DNA of 52,196 nucleotides from a virus (Duplodnaviria; Caudoviricetes): IMG/VR virus record IMGVR_UViG_3300034375_003040, positions 1 to 52,196 of that record; one strand, 5' to 3'. Shown piece by piece: positions 34,598 to 43,095 of this stretch (position 1 is its first letter; each line of letters starts with the position of its first letter). The notes under the pieces were generated by a model. It saw only the letters and a program-made list of their open reading frames with translations, ran no database searches and was not told where the DNA came from. The position numbers and the translations under genes were made by a program.

Positions 34598-37500
34598 ATG
34601 AAATGGATAGGTCAACACATATACGATCTAATTGCAAGGTTTAGATCAGATGTTTATTTTGAAAACTTATCTGAGACAGAAGAAACTAGAGGTCTTGTTG
34701 TTGATGCTGACGGTAAAGTTAGTATAAATCCTGCGACTGGTGAAGAATACGCTACTCATATATACGAAAGAGTAAGGAACGACGAAGGCAGCACAATACC
34801 TGTAGGCACACCCGTATACTCTAAAGGTGAAATAGGTGGTAGCGAAAGAATAAAGGTAGGCATTGCTGACGCGTCTGATCCTACTAAAATGCCAGCTATT
34901 GGTATCACAGACACAGAACTTACAACTACTGGTAGCACTAAAGATGGTCGTATAACTCTTGTTGGTGTTTACAATACTAACATATCAGGTTTTACTGGTC
35001 TTAGTGAAAATGATATTGTATACGTAGCTATAGGTGGTGGTCTTACTATTACAAAGCCTACAGGTGTAAACTTAATACAAAACGTAGGTATAATACTAAA
35101 AACAAACGGTAATACAATACAAGGCCTTCAAGTTGCTTGTATTGGTAGAACTAACGACGTACCTACACCACTATATATTGACCACGCTAATCAAAGGCTT
35201 GGTATTGGAGCTACTAGTCCTTCTACTAAACTACACATAGAAGATTCTAGTCATGTATATTCCACTTTACAATCAACTGGCGCTAACACAGAAGTAGCGC
35301 ATAAATATAGAAGTAGTACTTTAACTTCAGGTTATTACTGGTGGACAGGGTTAAACAATTACGACAAGTATCAAATAGCGTACGGCACAAGTTTTGATAA
35401 TGCTGGCACAGCTCTTTGCATTGACACGTCTGGCAACGTCGGTATCGGTACAACTTCGCCGTCATACCCTCTTCACATTGCAACAGATAGTTCATTACAC
35501 GCCGCGTATATTAAAAATACTAATAATAATGGTGGAGGTCTTGTTGTTGCCGCCGCAAATGGTGGAGGTGGAACAAATACAATTTTAAGTCTAAGAGATA
35601 AAAATGACAATTCAAAAGTTTCAGTTATTGAAAACGGCAACGTCGGGATTGGAACGACTAGCCCAAACGCTTTATTAGACGTTGACAATAGAATATACTT
35701 ACAAAACGACGGAACTGTTAAGTGGGGAGCTTCTGCTAATGCTGGACATTTAACTTGGGACACAAATCAGGCTATTGTAAAGGGTTTGTCAGGGCAGGCT
35801 TTATTGTTAGGCTCAAATAATACTAGCGCTAGAATGACGATAGACACGTCGGGCAACGTTGGTATTGGAACAACTAGTCCGAGTAAAGAGTTGCATATAA
35901 AAAGTTACGCGCCAAGATTACTAATAGAAGGCACTGGAGCATCAGCAGAAAACGAAGAAATATCAAGAGTATCAGGGCTTTGGGATGGAACATATGTAGC
36001 AGATATACAATTTTTAGCAGGAGATGATACTGCAAATAAAGATAATGGAAAAATAGCGTTTAGAACATATACTTCAGATGGCGCGGTAGGTACAAGAATG
36101 TTGATTGATGAGGTTGGCAACGTCGGTATCGGGACGACTAGTCCTGCTAGTAAACTGCATATTAACGGTACAGGTTCTCCTAGTATAATTATACAAGACA
36201 GTGACGGCACAGATCAATACGCAACTATAAATCACAATAATGGCGCTAATCAATATATAGCTAGAAATAACACCAGCAATGGGCAACACGTTTGGTTTGG
36301 TCAAACAGGAGTTAGTAGTTTTACTGAGCGTATGCGCATTGACGCCTCAGGAAACGTAGGCATTGGAACTACTAGTCCTGGTAGAAAACTTGAAGTTGAT
36401 TTTACGGGTTCTGTTACTGGTGCGAAATTTACTAGAAGTGACGCTGCTGGAAGTTCTCTTGTAGAGTTTGCCAATAGTGCTGGGGTTAAAAGCATAATTG
36501 GATATGACGCTGGTCTTGATGGTTATAAAATCGGAACATCATCTGCAACTAATCTTTTTGTAAAACAATCTGGCAACGTCGGTATAGGAACGACTAGTCC
36601 AACACATAAACTTGAGGTAAGAGGTGGAGATGTACACTTTGAAAACGCGTCATCTTCAAACACTTTTCTTGACGTTAAAGGTTCGTCAGCAAACGGATAT
36701 ATAAGAGCATACAGTGATTCTAATTCAGTTTGGCTTTATCAAGGAGGTAGCAATTCTTATTTACAAGCTCAAAGCGGTTCTACGTTAAGACTTGGTTCTG
36801 GTACAGCTAACGTAGTTATAACAGACACTTCTGGCGAAGTCATGAGAACATCTTCAGGCAACGTCGGTATTGGAACTGCTAGTCCTTCTGAAAAGTTAGA
36901 GGTATCAGGTAAGATATTAGCGACTGGAGGACAAATTAGAGCTGGGTCGTATTTAGAAAGTTATCCATCATTTAGTTTTGCAGACGACATTGATACTGGT
37001 ATGTTTAGCGATACTGCTAATCAACTAGAATTTGTAACAGGTGGTAGTTCAAGAGTAACCATTAATTCTAGTGGCAACGTAGGTGTTGGAACTACAAGCC
37101 CTGGGTATAGGTTTGTTGTAAACAGCTATTCAGCAGACACAGTCGCTAAGTTTGAGTCTACAGATTCTATAGCAAGGTTAGAGTTAAAAGATAATAATGA
37201 CGCGGCTTACGTTGGAACTCAAAACAACAAGGCTTTTATTGGTATGGAAGCTAACGCTACAGGAACAAACAATCTTATAGTGACGTCGGATGGTAAGGTA
37301 GGCATTGGAACTACATCGCCTTCTGAAAAATTAGAGGTTAATGGTAACATATCTTTAACTGGTAGTGTACAAAAACAAATACAAGTATTTCCAATGAACT
37401 TTGTAGATGATTTAGGTACAGACAAACATTTTATGCCGTTTGTAACTAATGTAGAACAAACAGTTGTTTATCAAGAAGAGGCGGCTATGGTTATGCCGGC

Positions 37501-37849
37501 GGATGGTAGAGTTGTATCTGTAACAGTACATTATGCTCAAATGGATGGCACGGATGGAAACATAACTGTTGGTATTGAAACATCGGCTTGCGGTCAATCT
37601 TACGCTAATCCTTGGACTGTAGAAGAAACAGAAACTATATCGGCATCTGTAGCTGATGACCATCATGTATTTCATTTTGCTTTTGACAATGCTAAGCATT
37701 TTGAATCTACAGATAAAATGGCAATATCAATACAGCAATCTACAGATATGCAAAGTGCCGCTAGGTTTTTCTGGGTAACAGCGGTAATAGAATACGACTG
37801 GTCGACTTTCTTAGGTGGAACTAGCGCAGAATATACAACAACACCTTAA
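34598..37849 (+). CDS. Tail fibre / receptor-binding protein
   Basis: 1083 aa with ten G[NK]VG[IV]GTxSP-type repeats separating variable modules. Confidence 0.85.
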   Translation: MKWIGQHIYDLIARFRSDVYFENLSETEETRGLVVDADGKVSINPATGEEYATHIYERVRNDEGSTIPVGTPVYSKGEIGGSERIKVGIADASDPTKMPAIGITDTELTTTGSTKDGRITLVGVYNTNISGFTGLSENDIVYVAIGGGLTITKPTGVNLIQNVGIILKTNGNTIQGLQVACIGRTNDVPTPLYIDHANQRLGIGATSPSTKLHIEDSSHVYSTLQSTGANTEVAHKYRSSTLTSGYYWWTGLNNYDKYQIAYGTSFDNAGTALCIDTSGNVGIGTTSPSYPLHIATDSSLHAAYIKNTNNNGGGLVVAAANGGGGTNTILSLRDKNDNSKVSVIENGNVGIGTTSPNALLDVDNRIYLQNDGTVKWGASANAGHLTWDTNQAIVKGLSGQALLLGSNNTSARMTIDTSGNVGIGTTSPSKELHIKSYAPRLLIEGTGASAENEEISRVSGLWDGTYVADIQFLAGDDTANKDNGKIAFRTYTSDGAVGTRMLIDEVGNVGIGTTSPASKLHINGTGSPSIIIQDSDGTDQYATINHNNGANQYIARNNTSNGQHVWFGQTGVSSFTERMRIDASGNVGIGTTSPGRKLEVDFTGSVTGAKFTRSDAAGSSLVEFANSAGVKSIIGYDAGLDGYKIGTSSATNLFVKQSGNVGIGTTSPTHKLEVRGGDVHFENASSSNTFLDVKGSSANGYIRAYSDSNSVWLYQGGSNSYLQAQSGSTLRLGSGTANVVITDTSGEVMRTSSGNVGIGTASPSEKLEVSGKILATGGQIRAGSYLESYPSFSFADDIDTGMFSDTANQLEFVTGGSSRVTINSSGNVGVGTTSPGYRFVVNSYSADTVAKFESTDSIARLELKDNNDAAYVGTQNNKAFIGMEANATGTNNLIVTSDGKVGIGTTSPSEKLEVNGNISLTGSVQKQIQVFPMNFVDDLGTDKHFMPFVTNVEQTVVYQEEAAMVMPADGRVVSVTVHYAQMDGTDGNITVGIETSACGQSYANPWTVEETETISASVADDHHVFHFAFDNAKHFESTDKMAISIQQSTDMQSAARFFWVTAVIEYDWSTFLGGTSAEYTTTP
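35195..37321 (+). repeat. Ten dispersed GNVGIGTTSP-coding repeats
   Basis: Copies start near 35195, 35432, 35636, 35852, 36116, 36350, 36572, 36857, 37073 and 37292; GGCAACGT core conserved at DNA level in seven of them. Confidence 0.85.
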
Positions 37850-37890
37850 TATAGCTTTACCATAAACAAAAGATAACAATTACTTAATAT

Positions 37891-37930
37891 AAAAAACGGC
37901 CCACAAGGTAACTATAACCCTATGGACCGT
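37891..37930 (-). terminator. Intrinsic terminator of the minus-strand arm
   Basis: Minus-strand RNA ACGGUCCAUAGGGU-UAUAGUU-ACCUUGUGGGCCGU forms a 14-bp stem with three G:U pairs (pairs fully only on this strand) followed by UUUUU. Confidence 0.8.
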
Positions 37931-37996
37931 AAAATTGATATAAGCAAAGTGCTTTACGTAGCAATAATGATTATTGTTTACGTTATAGCCGTCTAA
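37922..37996 (+). CDS. Putative 24-aa single-TM peptide
   Basis: MDRKIDISKVLYVAIMIIVYVIAV*; GTAACTAT box 6 nt upstream; its stop overlaps the stop of the convergent gene. Confidence 0.4.
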   Translation: MDRKIDISKVLYVAIMIIVYVIAV

Positions 37997-38184
37997 GCTG
38001 CAACAGCGTTTTTTTGCTCTTGAACCTCAACTCTAATTGTTTGAGCTAAGTTTTTGACATTTTGCATGGTCTTGCGGATTCTAGTTCCCGCAGACTTATT
38101 GCCTTCTGCAAACTTTTCTACATCATCAATGCTGTTCTGCAGCATCACTAACATTTCTTCGTAATAATTTTCAATTTTGTTCAT
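37993..38184 (-). CDS. Histone H1-like Hc1 N-terminal domain protein
   Basis: EKFAEGNKSAGTRIRK matches the GNKAAGTRARK signature of short Bacteroidota Hc1-like proteins. Confidence 0.7.
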   Translation of the reverse strand: MNKIENYYEEMLVMLQNSIDDVEKFAEGNKSAGTRIRKTMQNVKNLAQTIRVEVQEQKNAVAA

Positions 38185-38200
38185 AATATTAAATTTAAGA

Positions 38201-40054
38201 TTAAATTACTTCACAGTTACCACCAGCACAAGCAAGCTCGCCTGATAGGTCTGTGTTATCGTCCATCTCAACAACCTTTGTTAAATCAACGTCAGATAAT
38301 ACTTTGGACATTTTATTAAATGTAGCTTCGTTAATGTCCTCAAACGGAGCTTGAGTATATGTACCACCATTGTATGGTAATACTGAAAGACCATTGTAAT
38401 GATCTCTATTGTCCCACATCCATTCACCAGCTTTATCCCATTCATCATCTTTTAAAGATATGGTAGCCGACACATTGTGGGAGTTAGAACCAACACGATG
38501 ACCTGACTTCACCCATTCAGTAGCAACGCGCTTCACTCTCTCAAGTGTATCGAACGGTGATTCAGTTCTTAATATTGATCCTTCAGGAGCTTTTTGAGGT
38601 ACAGAAATAACTGCAGTGTCGTGAGGTCTGAAGTACTCGTCTTCAATTAACTCAGGATGGTGTACAGATAAATATGTATATATAGCCTCATTCTTTCCTA
38701 CGCGCATTCTACGGACATAATAATCATTATGCCAAGCATGAATGCCCGAAGACGTTCCTAGCACCAGAGATGTCGTCCCTGCAGGCTTTACAGTCGTACA
38801 TCTTGCTGACTTGTTTATTCCGATTACCTTAGCAACACGGGCGTTCTCACGCTTAACAATATCAGCAGCTTTGGTCATGTCGTAATTTAATACGGCGCCA
38901 GAGCCAATACCAGTCATTGACACTCCGATCAACGCGTCTTTCTCAGTTGTCTCTTTCCATATCTCTCTCAAGTAGTGGAAGTCGGTGTAACCAGCTTGCA
39001 ACGTGCCTATGAACGCGGCGGCTTTTACCCTCGCGTTAAAATCATCTTGATCTTTAATGTCAGAGACGTTAACTTCGCATAGGTTACAAAACTGAAAAGG
39101 TCGTAGAGCAATTTCACAACATGGATTAGTTCCCCAGTCCTTGTCGTTATTAAGATAAATACCAGGCTCACCAGCGCCAGATAGTTCTACACGCTTCCAT
39201 AGATCCATAAAAAAGTCTTTAGTAATTTTATGTCTCATAAGCACAGCTGAGTTGTTAGCTCTACCACGCTGTGGATTTGTTTCCCACCAATCGCCAGACT
39301 TGCAGCTTATCATCTCATCATCTGCAGCAGAGAAAAGACTAATAAGAGCCGCACGACGTATACCGCCAGCCAAAACAGCATCAGCAATATGGCAGATAAT
39401 ATCGTGAACCTCAAGAGACGTAAGTTGCGTTCCATCTTTTTTAGCATTTAATATTCCTTCTACTTTAATTAAACATTCTTTTAACGGCTGTGGACCTGGA
39501 GCTTTGCCACCAGAAGTCACAAGCCTTGCGCCTTTAGGTCTAATATCAGTATAATCAAACACTATTTTAGACGTACGCTTTTCACCAAGATAAGACTTAA
39601 CTAAAACCTTAACAGCGTCAGACCAACCTTCAATACTGTCGCCAATAACAAAACGTCTACTGCGTTTGTCAAATGGTTTTATAATAGCTGGTAGCTTTTT
39701 AATATGATGCTGTTGAACTGAATATCCTACGCCACACCCAGACAATAACAAAAACATTATTTCATTAAAAGCATCAATACTATCAGCAGGAAGATATGAG
39801 CAGTTATATAAACGGTTCGGTGATATTTCAATTGGCTTGCCTGCGAACTGAAGCGAACGCATGCTTGGTAAAATCTTTTTATTATATACATATTTATATA
39901 CTTCGTCTATTTGTTCTGTTAATTGTGGATATTTCTTTTTGTGCATTGCTACATTACGGTCTACAAGCTCTTCCCAAGTTTCCCTACGATTTAACTCAGG
40001 GATGTACTTAGCGTACTTCATGTGGACAGTAATATCTGAGAGGATATTATTCAT
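38201..40054 (-). CDS. nrdJ: Class II (adenosylcobalamin-dependent) ribonucleotide reductase, monomeric RTPR-like
   Basis: YNCS, GCGVGYSV, TNPCCEI, CNLCEV, VKPAGT, C-terminal CAGGNC; no small-subunit gene nearby. Confidence 0.88.
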   Translation of the reverse strand: MNNILSDITVHMKYAKYIPELNRRETWEELVDRNVAMHKKKYPQLTEQIDEVYKYVYNKKILPSMRSLQFAGKPIEISPNRLYNCSYLPADSIDAFNEIMFLLLSGCGVGYSVQQHHIKKLPAIIKPFDKRSRRFVIGDSIEGWSDAVKVLVKSYLGEKRTSKIVFDYTDIRPKGARLVTSGGKAPGPQPLKECLIKVEGILNAKKDGTQLTSLEVHDIICHIADAVLAGGIRRAALISLFSAADDEMISCKSGDWWETNPQRGRANNSAVLMRHKITKDFFMDLWKRVELSGAGEPGIYLNNDKDWGTNPCCEIALRPFQFCNLCEVNVSDIKDQDDFNARVKAAAFIGTLQAGYTDFHYLREIWKETTEKDALIGVSMTGIGSGAVLNYDMTKAADIVKRENARVAKVIGINKSARCTTVKPAGTTSLVLGTSSGIHAWHNDYYVRRMRVGKNEAIYTYLSVHHPELIEDEYFRPHDTAVISVPQKAPEGSILRTESPFDTLERVKRVATEWVKSGHRVGSNSHNVSATISLKDDEWDKAGEWMWDNRDHYNGLSVLPYNGGTYTQAPFEDINEATFNKMSKVLSDVDLTKVVEMDDNTDLSGELACAGGNCEVI

Positions 40055-40057
40055 TGA

Positions 40058-40195
40058 TTAGTTTTTATAAATTGTTAAACATGCGTCTAAGAATCCTACG
40101 TATAATACGTGATTCGTTTTGTATTGCTCTTGGTATGTTCTAACACCAAAGAGTAACCCCGGAAATGTTCCGAAGCTTAATTCCCAATCTTTCAT
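40058..40195 (-). CDS. 45-aa hypothetical protein (not in the ORF track)
   Basis: MKDWELSFGTFPGLLFGVRTYQEQYKTNHVLYVGFLDACLTIYKN; ATGA-coupled and fills the intergenic gap exactly. Confidence 0.6.
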   Translation of the reverse strand: MKDWELSFGTFPGLLFGVRTYQEQYKTNHVLYVGFLDACLTIYKN

Positions 40196-40650
40196 TTGTT
40201 TTGATTTTGGATTAATTTAATAGTTTCGTCACAGTCTTTCTGATTCTGAGGTTTATATAAAGTTACATGTGGTAAATTTTCTTTTACATACTTTTTAAAC
40301 ATTTTCCATCGCATTGGAAAACTTTCGTTTGCTCGGCCTTTACATTCAATAATAAAGCCCTTACCAACAAAGTCTGGAGTATATTTAACTGGTAGTATTT
40401 TTTTGTTACCTCTGTTTCTATATTCACCCTTACCATTAGACTGCTTTTCGTATGCAGCTTGAGTAAACTCAAAGCCTTCTTGCACAACGTAGGTTTCGCC
40501 TTCGTACGCGGCTTTGATCTTTGCTTTTTTCAGGGCCAGATACATATATCGCTCTAGCCCTGAAGCAAAGTTAATACCGTCTTGCATAACACGCTTAGCC
40601 CTTACCGGACCGCGCTTACGGCCTTTCCTAGATCTTTTAATCATCTTCAA
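40192..40650 (-). CDS. PD-(D/E)xK endonuclease, T7 endonuclease I-like resolvase
   Basis: FASGLE...YE...YTPDF...IIECKG. Confidence 0.8.
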   Translation of the reverse strand: MKMIKRSRKGRKRGPVRAKRVMQDGINFASGLERYMYLALKKAKIKAAYEGETYVVQEGFEFTQAAYEKQSNGKGEYRNRGNKKILPVKYTPDFVGKGFIIECKGRANESFPMRWKMFKKYVKENLPHVTLYKPQNQKDCDETIKLIQNQNK

Positions 40651-40897
40651 ACTTTCTAATTAAAGCTTCTTCAGACAAATCTTGAAGCTCTTCACGCGCG
40701 GCTTGTATATATAAAACCGCATCCATAAGCTCTTCTTGTATGTCGTTAAGATAACCAATAAGATCTTTCATGCCAGTCGTACGCTCAGTATCTAGCGTTT
40801 GGCCATATTTATTAAAGCCCACGTCAGATCGCTTTACAAACTTGTTTACAACGTTTCTAACTACTGGATCTCTAAATTTAATTGTTTGCTCTGTCAT
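40637..40897 (-). CDS. Small all-alpha protein, possible nucleotide pyrophosphatase-like
   Basis: Start reassigned to ATG 40897 (TAATG coupling); RSDVGFNKYG...QEELMDAVLY (EExxD). Confidence 0.55.
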   Translation of the reverse strand: MTEQTIKFRDPVVRNVVNKFVKRSDVGFNKYGQTLDTERTTGMKDLIGYLNDIQEELMDAVLYIQAAREELQDLSEEALIRKFEDD

Positions 40898-41124
40898 TAT
40901 GCTAATGTTGTTAAAATATAATAAAATAATACTGGCGCTACTGTAGCAAGCACATCCCATTTATCGAACACGCCATAATCGAGATAGTCATAAACTTCTT
41001 TAGCTATACCAACCATTAGCACTAGCAACAGTGTTGTTAACGCTGGTAAGTTAAGCTCTGTAAATATAATCGCGAATATAATACCCGCAATAGCGTGTTT
41101 GTATTTGTCTTTTCCTATATACAT
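40897..41124 (-). CDS. Small membrane protein
   Basis: DKYKH...KEVYD...D.LA pattern with three hydrophobic segments. Confidence 0.55.
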   Translation of the reverse strand: MYIGKDKYKHAIAGIIFAIIFTELNLPALTTLLLVLMVGIAKEVYDYLDYGVFDKWDVLATVAPVLFYYILTTLA

Positions 41125-41126
41125 AA

Positions 41127-42056
41127 TTATCTTTTTTGTGTTAAATTAGCTCTTCCGTAGCTAGTTATTGGTTGATCTTTTACAAACGTACCGTTGACCA
41201 TTTTACCTGTACGTTTTGCGATAACATCGTAAGCTGACTGTATACACTCTTCAATCGGCACGCCAATTAGCTCAGCTAAGTTAGTTAATACAACTACAGC
41301 ATCGCCAATACCATCGACGATCTCATTTGTATCATCTTTTAAAATAGCTCTGCCGATCTCGCCAGTTTCTTCCATTAACTTAATGTATTGAGTCTTTGGA
41401 TCACCTTTGTCGTATAAGCCACGCTCATCAGCCCACTCTCTAATGCAATCAAATATAGGCTTATGGCAGTCTTTACAATTAACGTCAGGGTTTTCAAACA
41501 CCCTACCATTTACTCTTGCTAGCTCTCTTTCAGAAGCTTGTTTAAATACATCAGCTTTATGAGTTGTACCAACAGTAATATTTCTATGCGGATCATGGTC
41601 ATAATATTTAGCCAAAGCTTTGTTATATATATAACATCTATCACCACTGTATTGCGACGTCTTTACGTTAGCCATAATCCAGTTTATAGTTGGCTGCGTT
41701 ATTGTAAACTCACCGTGATCGGTTTCCCACTGCATGCCAAGCTCGTCCATTAGTTGACCTTTCAATTTATTTATAGGGCACGGAAAGGTAGTCGTTGCCT
41801 CTGTTACATTAATTTTCATTTTATTAAATTCTTTAAAATCGTTATCAAAAAGTTTTTCATAAAGTTTTTCATCAACAGGATAGCCATATTGAACCTGCAT
41901 CTCACGCTCTAATGTAGAAATGTAAGATATGTCGTCAGACCAAGCTAGTATTTCATACTCGCCAGGCTCGTAACCTTGTTGCTCTTCAACTCTATATTTC
42001 AAGTTGTTTGTTACCCCTATTTTTTTACCTGGGATGTGGTACAGTGCGTATTTCAT
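41127..42056 (-). CDS. MazG-like nucleotide pyrophosphohydrolase fused to an N-terminal GIY-YIG-like domain
   Basis: C-terminal KLMEETGEI...DGIGD; N-terminal YALYHIPGKKIGVTNNLKYR...E. Confidence 0.7.
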   Translation of the reverse strand: MKYALYHIPGKKIGVTNNLKYRVEEQQGYEPGEYEILAWSDDISYISTLEREMQVQYGYPVDEKLYEKLFDNDFKEFNKMKINVTEATTTFPCPINKLKGQLMDELGMQWETDHGEFTITQPTINWIMANVKTSQYSGDRCYIYNKALAKYYDHDPHRNITVGTTHKADVFKQASERELARVNGRVFENPDVNCKDCHKPIFDCIREWADERGLYDKGDPKTQYIKLMEETGEIGRAILKDDTNEIVDGIGDAVVVLTNLAELIGVPIEECIQSAYDVIAKRTGKMVNGTFVKDQPITSYGRANLTQKR

Positions 42057-42727
42057 AAGTGAAAGTTTCTAGTTTTAGTTTCTGGTAGTTTGTCGTTGTA
42101 CAAATGCAAGTTATGCGCAAAGTGATAGTACGTGCCAACTGGCAAATTAAGCTGATAGGCGACATACATTTGTAAATTTGAAAACTGATACTGATCATTA
42201 CAGAAACCGTACCAGAGATCATTAGAACGCATTACAACAGACATATTAAGCTTGCCATTCAATATCGTAAACTGTACAGCGTATGTACATGGCGTGTCGT
42301 TAGAGTAATTAGTTATCTCTTTACCGTCATATATACTTATTGCTGCCTGTCTAGTTTCAGGGTTGGCTTTTAACATATTTATAACCAAGTCAAGTTGGTC
42401 GTTACGTTTCCATTGATGACCATAGTTAGAGTTTACATAGCCAAACTTATCAGCCATACGCTTCCATATAGCTGGAACTTTACCGTATATTTCGCCAAGC
42501 TTTTCTACGCTAGGATCACCAGATAAATACCATTGCCACTCGGCTTCAGCATATTCTTGCGACCAGTTGCGTTTTACGCGACCATTGTGTATAGCATTGT
42601 GCGCTGGAAACTTTATTTCAAAGCCTACATTAAACAAAGCTTTAGTACCTGCAAAATCTACACCGTCACGAACTATACGCCAGTATAAAGCGTGAAAGGC
42701 ATTGTCAGCCGTTTGAAAGCTATGCAT
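42053..42727 (-). CDS. Thymidylate-synthase-fold enzyme with dCMP hydroxymethylase/methylase signature
   Basis: Catalytic PC, RSNDLWYGFCND, NLHLY, IW...VNSNYG; start is 42727 or 42733/42736. Confidence 0.8.
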   Translation of the reverse strand: MHSFQTADNAFHALYWRIVRDGVDFAGTKALFNVGFEIKFPAHNAIHNGRVKRNWSQEYAEAEWQWYLSGDPSVEKLGEIYGKVPAIWKRMADKFGYVNSNYGHQWKRNDQLDLVINMLKANPETRQAAISIYDGKEITNYSNDTPCTYAVQFTILNGKLNMSVVMRSNDLWYGFCNDQYQFSNLQMYVAYQLNLPVGTYYHFAHNLHLYNDKLPETKTRNFHL

Positions 42728-42845
42728 AAACATCACATTTAATGTTGTACCAAGAACTTAATCCTAATGTGCTAAGTCTTTTAGTAACGATTATTGTTTT
42801 ACCGTGCATAGTCATTGCTATAGCTTTATGATTTAGCACTTTCAT
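42720..42845 (-). CDS. 41-aa hypothetical protein
   Basis: MKVLNHKAIAMTMHGKTIIVTKRLSTLGLSSWYNIKCDVYA; fills the gap with short overlaps. Confidence 0.35.
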   Translation of the reverse strand: MKVLNHKAIAMTMHGKTIIVTKRLSTLGLSSWYNIKCDVYA

Positions 42846-43095
42846 TATATTTGTCATAATAGTAGTTATAATATTCTAATTGTTTAATTAATACTTCGTC
42901 TTTCTTAAAGTTTGGGCTAAAGTTAGATTTATCTTTAATAATTATTTCAACACAAAAGTCTAGGCCTGAGCCAGTATAGTTTTGAGCAGGGACAACACAG
43001 CATTTAATGCCGTTATTAATACACCAAGAAATTTTATGATAATCTTCTTTAGTCCAAGAATAAAACCCAGGCTTAAATGGTCTACGCTTAGCCAT
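42826..43095 (-). CDS. Hypothetical protein
   Basis: TAATG-coupled to the primase-helicase stop. Confidence 0.55.
   Translation of the reverse strand: MAKRRPFKPGFYSWTKEDYHKISWCINNGIKCCVVPAQNYTGSGLDFCVEIIIKDKSNFSPNFKKDEVLIKQLEYYNYYYDKYNESAKS

Noticed and set aside
972-37699. Many 60-127 aa minus-strand ORFs inside the structural genes
   Set aside because: Antisense shadows of long + strand genes with no start context or motifs
34598-37849. Diversity-generating retroelement or invertible shufflon at the tail fibre
   Set aside because: No reverse transcriptase, template/variable repeat pair, invertase or inverted cassettes seen in the window
42053-42736. Plain thyA annotation
   Set aside because: Asp at the Asn177-equivalent position and the NSNYG motif fit dCMP-modifying enzymes better; gene symbol withheld
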